A stretch of 64,000 bases of DNA, taken from positions 17,409,807 to 17,473,806 of the forward strand of contig NC_134031.1 of NCBI RefSeq assembly GCF_964204645.1, in the 5' to 3' direction. The DNA is from Tubulanus polymorphus (taxonomy: Eukaryota > Animalia > Nemertea). Positions 32,091 to 43,800 of this stretch are shown here, in pieces. The notes below the pieces were generated by a model. That model searched no databases. It saw only the letters and a list, made by a program, of their open reading frames with translations, and was not told where the DNA came from. Positions within the stretch are counted from its first letter, which is position 1, and every line of letters begins with the position of its first letter. Made by a program: the position numbers and the translations under genes.

Positions 32091-33863
32091 TTACTTATCA
32101 ACGAGATTAGGGTTTTCGAATTCAGTTACTGTAAATGATCCGAAATTTCGAGGTTTGTGTCCGATTTTGTTACGAAAAATAACGGCCATTCTCCCGAAGG
32201 TTCGTTCGCCGAGTAACGCAGCATCCAGACAGCGTAGCGTGTGAAATATCTCGGAATAGTCAGATACGATATCGTAAGCATTTGACATGACTGCTATGAG
32301 AAAGTTTAACAGCAATATTTCGATGATTATTATAAACGCCGTGTAGAGCAAGATGATTACATGCGGAAATTTTGAATCATATGGTTCGATTCCGTTGATA
32401 TTCAGCATTATGAGAAGTGCGCTGAAGAATCCTCTGGCGGTTGTTTGGAAACCAGTTTCTTTGGCGTAGGAGTCGGTTTCGCTGTGAATTGCAGCCTTCA
32501 GAGCTAAAACGAATGAAGTGAAAATCACCATGGCCGTCACCATGAAACTCGCCATTTCGACTAACATGCGCTGGTAGCCGATAACGAACACCCCGATTTT
32601 GGGTATGAATTGAAACACGCTCATTGCGCAAAATGCGCTGGAGGTCGTCGCGATGGCTAAACTGATGTAAAACAAAGATGCCGTATCGTAGGTTTGCTTG
32701 ATTCTACCGTCCGAAATCAATAAGGCGATCATCAAAGTTATGATAATTGAAACACTTCTTATAATGCAAGTGATCGTGTAAAAATATTGCGACACGACCG
32801 TCTTCGAAGATCTTTTCGGCATATTTAACGGGTAGATCGCTGCATTGACGATCAAATACGTGATGATGATAACCAACTCACTAGTACACAATACGATCAG
32901 GACCATCATGATCGCGTACGTAGGTCTTGCTAATTTGTCTGTTTTACTGGCATTCACTAAAAATGGTACTTCAACTAGCGACACCGCGTACCAAAACAGA
33001 CAAGCAACGACTGCCTGGAAGATTATCACCGGTGCAAAGTAAGGCTGGTATCGTTTCATTTTACGATGGATCCATTTTTTGATAACCGGTTCTTTGTACA
33101 GTTCTTCGAAATTTGCCAATCGGTCATCGGTCAGTTTAGTTAAAAACCGTAACGGTGATTTCCACGCTCGTGAATTATCAGCACTGACTTCGTACTCGTG
33201 CAGACGATAAGTGCTCTCTTGCATCGGACCGTAATGGCCGCTTATTACGCGATAAGCGTCTTTAATTTGAAGAATCGCCTTCATCAGTTTGAACACACAT
33301 AATTTGGCCGCTAGTTCTAATGGACGATAGCCGTGCACGTTTTCTTGCTTGAGGAGAGGAATTAATGCATTGATTGGCAATGTATTTTCGAGAAAGTAAA
33401 GTATGCTAAGAGCAATCTCCTCTGAATCAGGGTTGAGTTGTGAATGGTGACAAAGTACGTGTAAAATATTGTCACGACCGCGCGCACTTTGAACAAGAAA
33501 ATCAAATCCTTGTAAATGAAAATAAGTCAAAACGCGAAGACTGCCGCAAGTAGCGGCTAACATGATTGGATATCTGCATGCTTCTCGAAGCTGTATGGCA
33601 TTTTTGCTTTCTGTCGAATCAACTTGTGTATCATCAAATATGAAGAAAATTGTTTTGAAATATGTCAATATCTGGTCGTCATCCAGTGAATTAAGAATGG
33701 ACTTGACAGCCTCTTCGTCGTCGGTTGTGATCGCCTCGAAATATGTGCGAGCTTTGTCTAAATTCAATCCCGGTTGGTGAAGTCGGTAAGCCGAGTTTGT
33801 AGCTTCTATAATATCAGACCGATGTGAACTTTCATCGACCTGTATTGTAGTATCTGTATCCAT
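32091..33863 (-). CDS. TRPV-like cation channel, copy B (tandem paralog), intronless CDS
   Basis: Colinear with copy A. The likely start is ATG at 33863 (MDTDTT, matching MDTTTS of copy A), just after a TTTTTTCAG acceptor of a 5'UTR intron. Confidence 0.85.
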   Translation of the reverse strand: MDTDTTIQVDESSHRSDIIEATNSAYRLHQPGLNLDKARTYFEAITTDDEEAVKSILNSLDDDQILTYFKTIFFIFDDTQVDSTESKNAIQLREACRYPIMLAATCGSLRVLTYFHLQGFDFLVQSARGRDNILHVLCHHSQLNPDSEEIALSILYFLENTLPINALIPLLKQENVHGYRPLELAAKLCVFKLMKAILQIKDAYRVISGHYGPMQESTYRLHEYEVSADNSRAWKSPLRFLTKLTDDRLANFEELYKEPVIKKWIHRKMKRYQPYFAPVIIFQAVVACLFWYAVSLVEVPFLVNASKTDKLARPTYAIMMVLIVLCTSELVIIITYLIVNAAIYPLNMPKRSSKTVVSQYFYTITCIIRSVSIIITLMIALLISDGRIKQTYDTASLFYISLAIATTSSAFCAMSVFQFIPKIGVFVIGYQRMLVEMASFMVTAMVIFTSFVLALKAAIHSETDSYAKETGFQTTARGFFSALLIMLNINGIEPYDSKFPHVIILLYTAFIIIIEILLLNFLIAVMSNAYDIVSDYSEIFHTLRCLDAALLGERTFGRMAVIFRNKIGHKPRNFGSFTVTEFENPNLVDK

Positions 33864-34889
33864 TTTATCTGAAAAAAACAACGTATTATATATAAACCAG
33901 TAAATATAGCGAAAACTCTGTGAGCTGAATGGTGTTTATATTTCAGCAAAAAGGTCTCACCACTTATTTGTTCACAATTCAATCGTTTCAGCGAAATATC
34001 TTCAACCGTCGGCTCAAATTCCACATCCGATGAAGTCTTCATAGTTCTGAAGTTATGATAAATAATATGTGTCAGGTTCTAGAGCGATAACGGCGTCAGC
34101 TTGATTCTGAGATAATTGTGAAATCATGTAGATTTTTTATCAACAAAATGACGCTTAATGTGCATATATAACCTAAAATAAACATAAATAAATAAACATA
34201 AATAAGTAGTTGCCTTTTTGTCCCTTTTGCGTCTTTCAGTACCGTATTAGTATATTATGATCATCGATTTAGATACCTTCATTGATGATAGTTTAAACAA
34301 GAACAGCCATCTGTTCAAAAATCGAAATAAAAATGCAATATATAATTGATCATTGCACCATGTTCTAATGACGAAATAATAACCGCATTGGATCGAGGCG
34401 TTAACTGAATGGTGATAAAACAACTGAGGCATGAAATGTAACAAATACATAATGTATTAGCATTTATTTGAATATACATCGATATATACGTTACTTTGAA
34501 AATAATCTAAATACCAAATTTGAACTAAGTGCTTCCCTATTTACCAAGGAAATGTGACCATGAACGAAAACATTTCTAGTTACAAGGTGAAGTTCAGAAT
34601 GGGATTTTAATATGGTATACATGGCATTCAAGTTATCGTTGCCATCATTTATTCAATCTAAAAAAATACACCGATAGAATTGATGTTTGGATAAATATAT
34701 TTGAGTTGGATTTTATTGACTACGGTACAAATGGGATTCGAACCATTGTGCAGCGGAAGTATGACTACGGTCCATTGCAACGAACCATACATGTCACCAT
34801 CCATCGAAATAAAATGGAATAAATTCAATAAAATTCATGAAAATCTTACATATTATTTTAATTTCTGCGAGCTAAACTAGGATAAAGAG

Positions 34890-37800
34890 ATGGGTGTACC
34901 GAAGTTTTATCGATGGATGAGTGAGCGTTACCCGTGTCTTAGCGAGGTCGTCAAAGAACACCAGGTATGTGCCACAACAATTACAAAGTGAAAGTATTTC
35001 AGAAAAATGACAAATAAAATCGGCCCGATCGATGTCGATAATAAAAATTTTTTTCTTTGGGGAATGTTTCCCCTGCCATTGGACCTGGAATGACCTGGAT
35101 GGATAAAACCTGATAGTGTTCACGAAATATGTTCTGCACTTGATTCTCTTTTTACAGTTACCAGAATTCGACAACCTATATCTGGATATGAACGGTATTG
35201 TTCACATATGCTCTCATCCCGAAGATGACAACCCGCATTTTCGAATCACTGAAGAGAAAATATTTGAAGATATATTTCACTATATCGAGGTAATATATGT
35301 CGTAGTAGCTGCAAAATTGATGGAAATTGAGAACTTTATTGACGTCTGGAAAATGTTGGTCCATTATGTCCCTGCCCTTTGGTTTTTGCCATATATGCCC
35401 CAAAACCTTTCTTCGGTCATCCTTATTACCGAGATGATGTATTTTACCGAGATCAACCGAGATCAACCGAGATGAAATTAAATATAACATATTTATTTAT
35501 TCCATATCGATTTTAACCATTGAAATCATATCATATCAGTAATAAATGCCTGCTGGGTTCATATTTTACATATTTTGTCGGATATTTTTGGAAAAATAAC
35601 TTTTAACTTTACCGAGATGAGATCGTCGATCAATCAAATTCAATGAAATTTTATTGCTAACCGAGTTTACGTTTTTGAAGTCAAAATTTTTTTAAATAAA
35701 AAAATATGTAAAATATGACTCAAGAAGGTATTTATTATTGATATAACATGATTTCAAGTGTTAAAATCGATAAGGAATAAATAAATATGTTATATTTAAT
35801 TTCATCTCGGTTGATCTCGGTTCATCTCGGTAAAATACATCATCTCGGTAATAAGGATGACCCCCTTTCTTTTCCTTAAGTTTAGTAGTTCAGCAGTGAT
35901 TCCATACCTCGGCCATTTTGAGCATAATCCAGGTTAGTTACTTAATCGTTGGTGGTAAGCTTTTTATAATCAGATGGGCTAATATACCAACATATATGTG
36001 GTTTATGAAAATATCCGATCGTGTAACTAAACCACAGACAGGTTACTGACTAAATCCAGGCGAGCTTGATGGAGTGGCAATCACTTTCACTCATAACTGG
36101 GCTAAATACATGTATTTTTGATAAGGGCGACATTTACGATAGCGAAATGAATGATTGTTTTCTTTCAGGTTCTGTTCCGAATGATCAAGCCGCAAAAGGT
36201 TTTCTTCATGGCTATAGATGGCGTTGCTCCACGAGCGAAAATGAACCAACAAAGAGGCCGACGTTTCAGGTAAAGCTGATGATGAATTAGCATTTGTTTT
36301 CTTAATTAATTGATATAATTTTTAGCTTATTTCTTAAATCGACTTGTTAAAATAATTTCTGCGTGGATTTTTAGATCAGCGAAGGAAGCCGACGATTTGA
36401 TCAGAAAAGCTCTTCAAAAGGGCGAAGTTCTGCCGACATCGGAGAGATTTGATTCGAATTGTATCACTCCAGGTATTTCATTCATTTTTGTACCCTATCA
36501 AGGATTGGAGCAGTTCATTTGAAATGTGATAAATCCTAAAAGGATTTTAACTCAGTTTATGAGCAAAACCGCAGTCGATGATATAACAGTATATTCTGAC
36601 AATACATTCATTTTCCTTTCTATGAAGTACTGAGAATAGTATCAGTCTACCAGTCATCCAGTGAATTTTCTCGGTTGGATTTTTTTAAATTTTGCCGATT
36701 TTGCAGAAATTTCATGTGCAAACAATGTAAATATTGATCCTCTATGTCATGTATTTTTGTATAGGTACGCCGTTCATGGTGCGATTGCAGGAACAATTGA
36801 AATACTTCGTCGTCAAAAAAGTCTCGACCGATCCATTGTGGCAGGGTCCGCGTATTTTCCTTTCCGGTCATCAGGTACGAATTATTTCAGGCGGAATTTG
36901 ATTGAGCTTTTCCGATGCCGGTGAACCTTGCGTCCCGATTCACAAAAGTTTAATGCGGTTTATCAGGGAGAGAGCGAGAAGATTGTCTGACACGAAAAAC
37001 TAATCCTAGTTTCATTTTACGCGAATGTATTTCAAAATATGAACGGTTTTCAATCGTTTGATATGTATTTTATTACAGACACCAGGCGAGGGTGAACACA
37101 AAATCATGGACTTCATCAGATACGAGAAATCTCAGCCGAATTATGATCCAAATACTCGTCACTGTCTATACGGTCTAGACGCCGATCTTGTAAGTTGTCT
37201 TCGTTTATAATGAATGGCTGAATGAATGAATTTTTTTTTCCATTTCAAAATTACATGATGTAATATAGAAATTTCTAAGGTTTCATGAAAAAATTTTTTA
37301 AAGAATTTTTTTATTTCAAATACTATTTATATCAAACGATTGTTGTATGAAAATCACCAGGAATAACCTAAAAATTCCCGTCTTTCCAGATCATGCTCGG
37401 TTTGACGAGTCACGAACCGCATTTTTCGCTGTTACGCGAAGAGGTTCGATTCGGCGGCAAAGAGAGTAAAAACAAACGATCAACTTGCCCGGAAGAGACG
37501 ACGTTTCATCTGTTGCATTTATCGCTGTTTCGCGAATATCTAGATTTTGAATTCGGTCGATTAAAGGTAAAAACTTCACAAATGTTAATTGACCAGTTTC
37601 GAACCAATTCCTTTATTTTGAATATTGCTGAAAGGGATGTTGTAATTTTAATCTTCAGAGGTCATATTCAGTTTGATGTTGTGTACGCCCTGGTTGAGTG
37701 ACCTATTTTTATCTCGATCTCAAACTAGCGCAATATTTGAAATACAGAAAATAACGCTGAGATATATATTGCAAATGCTCCATCAGGCCTTGAGAGATCT

Positions 37801-40800
37801 TGAAAATTGAATGATCAGATCAATCTTGAACTATTTAGGTACTTAAATCTCAAATATAATTAAAAAAACAATACCTCACCAAAACCTATGATAAAATCTT
37901 TTTGAACCAATTCCTTTAATTATCCGTGTAGATGGAAGTCCTTACCAAGAACTCGACGCCATAGAACCACCCTCTTCAACTAATCTATGTTATTCAAGTA
38001 CCCGACATGTGGCAAAATTACCCGACACCCTCCGTAACGCAACTAGCATCTGCGCCACATTGCGCCACACATGTCCAAAAATAGTGTTTTTTGTTTTTCA
38101 AATTGTCATCTTTTGAATATTTCGACTACCAGTAATCAATTTTGTCATAGGTTCAAAAACCTGCGATGGAAAAGTTTTGAATACGGAGAAAGGATTAAGG
38201 CGATTAAAATGGCTTTCAACTGCATGAGCAGTATTACCAGTATGAAAAAAATATATTCAAAAACACCAGATGGCTCGTATATTATACGTTTAATCTCGTG
38301 TCAACATTTGCGCTTGGTATTTTTTTTTGTAACAATGTATTCGGCATTTATTTGAAGATTAAATCACCTATTGCGAACGAACTGGTGCAAAAATTTCAAA
38401 TAAAAAATAACTGGTTAACTTTTTTCGTGGTTCTCTGGTTTCCATTATGAGAGCCTTATTTTCAAACTGTCTCTGCCTTTCTCTGCAGGTCTTTCAGCTA
38501 CTTAGCTTCGTTAATAGTGGGTCGATCTTGATGAAACTTGGGTACAATGTTAGTATGGGGATTTGGTTGTGCAGTGCAAAGAATGGGCTCACTGCGCCGC
38601 GTAGGCAGAATTAGGCACTATTGTTTTTCAGCGACATGACCTTGAAGATAACCTGGTAACTGAGGAACGGGGTCAAAATTCAAGAAGTTGTCATGACAAA
38701 AATTAGCTCTTGGCCCTAGATACAACATACCGTGTCCAAAACGCAATGGGAACAAATGCATAGGAATTTCTGAGTTGCCTCAGTGAGTGACGGCAGATTC
38801 GAGTCTGAGCCGGTTGTCGCCTATAGCTTGTTTTTTTTGCATTCGTTTTAGAATAAACTGCCATTCGAATACAATATCGAAAATATAGTCGACGATTGGG
38901 TTTTGATGGGATTCATAGTCGGCAACGATTTCATTCCGCACGCTCCCGATATGCACATCAAAAACGATGCTCTGCCGATGATCTGGCAAACGTACGCGTC
39001 CGTATTACCGACGTTAGACGGCTATTTGAACGAAGGCGGCTCTTTGAATTTGCGACGATTTGAAAAGTTCCTCACCGTTCTGAGCGATGTGAGTACCGGC
39101 TGCTTAAAAAAAATCGACAGATTGTTTTTCGTATCGTTACGAACTGCATATTTTCAGCTGTCGTTGCGTTAAATACATGAATTTTTAATGATTTCCAGTT
39201 CGATGTTGATCAGTTCAATGAGCGTTACGCCGATTTAAAATGGTTCGCCGGCAAAACCGGCAATAAAAAAGGGGTAAGTTCACCTTGCCGATGGGGATTT
39301 ATCTATTTTTTAATGAATTCCCTGTACAACGAGCTATCAAATTCCCACCAGCTGGTGGGCCTGCTAAATATGTTGCTTACATGGCTGGAAATTGGTTCAT
39401 TTTGTATCACTGCTATCATTTCAATCTTTCACATGAAAATGAAAAAAGATTGGGGAGACCAACTCTCCTAGATCAACTTAGTTTTGATTTTTGGATTCTT
39501 ATTTTAGCCATGAATTTACATTTTCCATACAATTACACATACATATATATCTATATTGTAGGCCAAGGGGAAAAAAGGGAAAACGAAATCATTCGCGGCA
39601 AACAAAGGTAGATTTGCCGCGTTAGACATCAGAGAAGAATACTCGGGTATACAGGATGAAGGTAAATATCTGTGAAAGGGGTTTCATAACAAATCAGGAA
39701 AAATCAGGGAATCTAGGATTTCGAATTCCGTGCAGGGAAAAAATCACTGCCATGTAGTGAAAAGCACATGTTTAAGCGCAGAAGTTGTCAATTTTGGAAA
39801 TCATTTATTAAGAAGTTGTTTTCAACGACAATTATTTCCCCATGGTTCTTATAGTTCACAAAAACCATGAAACTTAATTTACTGCTGGGGAAATCAGGGA
39901 ATTCTGACTCTTTTCTTGAATTTTAATTTTTGCGATCTTGTTCTTGTGTTGATGTGTGGCAAAAGAAACTAACTGAGAAGAAAAGCCTCGAACTGGGGAT
40001 ATCTTAATCGGGGGATTTTCAGTCAAGGTTCAGAGAACTATTGGGGAATTTCGGATTCTCGGATCCGTAAGAACCCCGTTTCCCGTAGTGATAACCGAAA
40101 TTGTTTTCATCATCAGACGTTTTGTACGACGACGATGACGAAGATTTCGTCGTCGATAAAATCGTTACGGTCGAAGAAGAAAAAGACGCGAAGGAAATGT
40201 TTCAGATGGAATTTCGCCAGCACAAACGTAACTATTACATGGAGAAACTCGAATATCCCGAAGTCACTCCGTAAGTGAAATGAGCAACACCTAGAATAAT
40301 ATCATTCATTTGCGCATATTTTAGACAAAGAAAAAACTACGAATTTATGCATTGATTTTACAGAGAAGTTTTGCAAGAACAAGCTCACTGCTATGTTCTC
40401 GGTATTCAGTGGATATTGAACTACTACTACAACGGCGTTGTATCTTGGGGCTGGTAAGTGGTTTTCGAGTTCAATATTTTCTCCTGATGCAAGGCAATTA
40501 CCGTGAAATTGTGAGTCGGCGTAATTCCGAATGTTGTGTGTCGGCTGCCGTGCTGAAGTGAATTATTAATGAATCATTTCCAATCTTTTTCGCCCTCTTC
40601 GAATAATTCATTTTGAAAAATAATATTTGTTTCATTTTGAATAATGATTCGAATATCGTTTCAGTAGATCTGCTGGTTGACCATTGATGAAACATTTTGT
40701 GACGATTATGTTGAAATCGTGCAATAACAATGAAAAAGAGAGTCCGAAAAAGTTTCCTTGAGCTTTATGTATTCCTGAAGATGATTTCTAGGATATAGTT

Positions 40801-43800
40801 GAAAGGTTGAAACATAATGATAGTTCAAGGAAACATTTCGGACTCTATTTCTAGCTCTGCTCTGTAGGGTTGGGTTAGCTGATATTAATCTATAAAAGAG
40901 CAGTTTAGTTCACATTTAACTTTGCACTTTTTTTTTTACTTAAAATAACCTAATTTGTGCTCAATGCCCTCTGAATTCATGTTTAACCATTGGTATCATC
41001 ATCACTATTTTCATCATAACAGTGATCATTCAAATATGATCAAGATATAGCACAAATTCTTACCTTTAAACAGTGCAGTAATGAGGTATCCGACAAGGTA
41101 ACACAACTACCAATATGAGCGTTAAACAGTATCAGCAGAGTTTCCCACTGAGATATGTCTCTTTAAGAGACATGCGTTATGCTGCATACTGATGTATGTA
41201 CTGTACACATGAGGCAGGTCGTATATAATTTAACAAGGATAACTAAAACTTTGGGTCTTAAACAGAATAGTATTAACGAGGTTCAACTTAACCATTATTT
41301 TTACTCATTTCCGGTCAGAATTTCTTAGAAATCATTTAGAATCTAAATGATTTTTCAGGTATTATCCGCACCATTACGCTCCATTTCTCAGCGACGTCAG
41401 AAATTTCAGCCAAATGAGTTTCGAGTTCGAGTACGGAAAACCGTTCTTACCATTTCAACAATTGATGGCTGTACTGCCAGCTGCCAGTAAAAACCTATTA
41501 CCCGAATGTTATCAGGTAAACGATTGATGCTAGAAATTAGATTCGTTGAAAAAGTGATATTTCATGTATTCATCATTGTTCTTTTCAGACATTGATGACC
41601 GATGAAATATCGCCAGTTATCGACTTCTATCCGGAAGCGTTCGACCAAGATTTGAACGGTAAACAACAAGCTTGGGAAGCGGTCGTTCTAATTCCGTTCA
41701 TCGACGAGGTAAGATGGATGATCGCTTTGATTTTTTTCACAAAAAGGATAAGATAAGTAAATACTTGAGACAAATTGAATTTGTGAAGATATTTGATAGA
41801 TTTTAGATAGCCCTGAACTCAAATTTCGACCCTTCCTGAAAATCTCTTAAAAAGCCCTGAGCTTGTTTGTGTGGTTCTAACTTCTCGAGTACGGTTCTAT
41901 AAAGAGCTTAGACTGAATTTCCCAATTATCAACTTAAATTTACAAAAAATTCTGTAAACTCGACCATTGATCACACAACTATATCTGCACTTTGATTTCT
42001 GATTTCAAAATAAAACCCCCTGTTTCGCTCCCGGCAGGTGTGGTGAGTTTGTAAAGGACTCCAAATCGAAATATCAAACGAAGTCTACAAATCAAATAAC
42101 AGGCCAATCCCTATTTTAAGATTAAAAAAGACCAATGTTACATATTTCTAATGACGATCTTCTTAGAATCGTTTGTTGGAAGCGATGGCGAGTGTGGAAC
42201 ATCGTTTAACGCCCGCCGAGCGTACACGCAATACGAACGGTTCTTGCATCATGTATCGTTTCACCGAACAGTCGCTTGGAACGTATAAATCGGCGAACCC
42301 TGCATTTCCTGATATACTCTTCAATCATGCGAAGTAAGTTTATAGATCCATTGCACCGTTCTAGTTAATCAGGGGCCGATCCAAGGGGAGGGTGTGCATC
42401 ACCTTAAAATGTCCCTAAAATTTTACGGGAAAATGAAAAATATTAAACTGATACCTTAAATTTAAATTCATAAGCTTCTATGTATACCCAATGAATAGAT
42501 GTTTTCCTGACAAGCTTTCTATTGGGGTATACTTGTATGATATGCCCTATTTTGAGGGTGGACCCCTTCCTTAATCAGACCCTAGATCCGCCTCTGTCAA
42601 TGCGTATGTGGAGTAACCCTGGAATTTTGTGTGGTGGATACATTCAAGTCGAGACTAGACAAGCATCATACAAACATTATGTATGGCCATTGATGAATTA
42701 TTAACATCTTCCCTGTCTCAACAAGCACACAATGGATTGATAAAAACGGTGTTGTAAACGTCAACCAGTGCAAAACCGCAATAGTGTTAATCTACTTGAT
42801 TTACTGTTAGTGTTGCTGTTACTGTTGATATCGAGACATTTTTAAATCCTGAATTGTAGAGAAAGTGAGATCGGTGCCGAGCTTTACCGACTGAAACCGA
42901 AAGAAATCAAGAAGGGACTCTGCGAAGGTGTTAGGATGGATGTCTACTATCCCGGATTTCCGACTATGAAACATATCAAACATTCTGTGAGTACTGACAG
43001 GGCCGCCTTCGGTTATCTGAATTAGTCGACTATAGTCGAACTAAACGAAACCAAATGTCTGTTAGTCGGAACTATATGCCGGAAATCGTTCGAAAATCAA
43101 GCGCATTCGGTTATTAGTTCCGACCACTAGTCGACTAGATACGAAAACCGAATTTGGCCCTGACTGACAACACCCGATCCAGTCGACAAATGGTGATGAT
43201 TGGAACCATTTTGAATTCAATTTCAGGCATACCTCGAGAAATGTAACGTGAAAGTATTTCAAATGAATAGTCGTAGCGAGAATATGATGTTGAAAATTGA
43301 AGACGGCAACAAAGATATGGTATTATTTAGTTAATCGCTGAAATACGCGAACAGGTCGCTAGTTCTTGATGTTCACGAGGGTTACCATTAAATTCTTCTT
43401 GTTTTGAATAGGATATTGATGAAGCAGCCCGCGAGCTGGTCGGCCGTTCGATGTTCGTTTCATGGCCTCACCTGATCGAAGCGAAAGTCGTGGCCATCTC
43501 GGACGGAACTATTAGGTAAGAAGTAATCGGTCTCGTTCATTTCAAGCTTAAATAAATAATTGTCGTAAAACGTTGAGAAATTTTAATTTCATTTATTTAT
43601 TTTTCATTCATTTATCCGATTCAGGTACGATATCGTGGAATGTTCCTCGAAAGGCGGTAAAACGCGCGGTCGAACGAAGTGCGTCGAGATGAATAAAACC
43701 TGTTTGTCGCAAGAGGAGAGCAAACTCTGGTACAGCGAAGTCGGTCGTATCAGAGACACGTAAGCGTTATTTACAGATCGCAATACAAGAAACGAAATCG

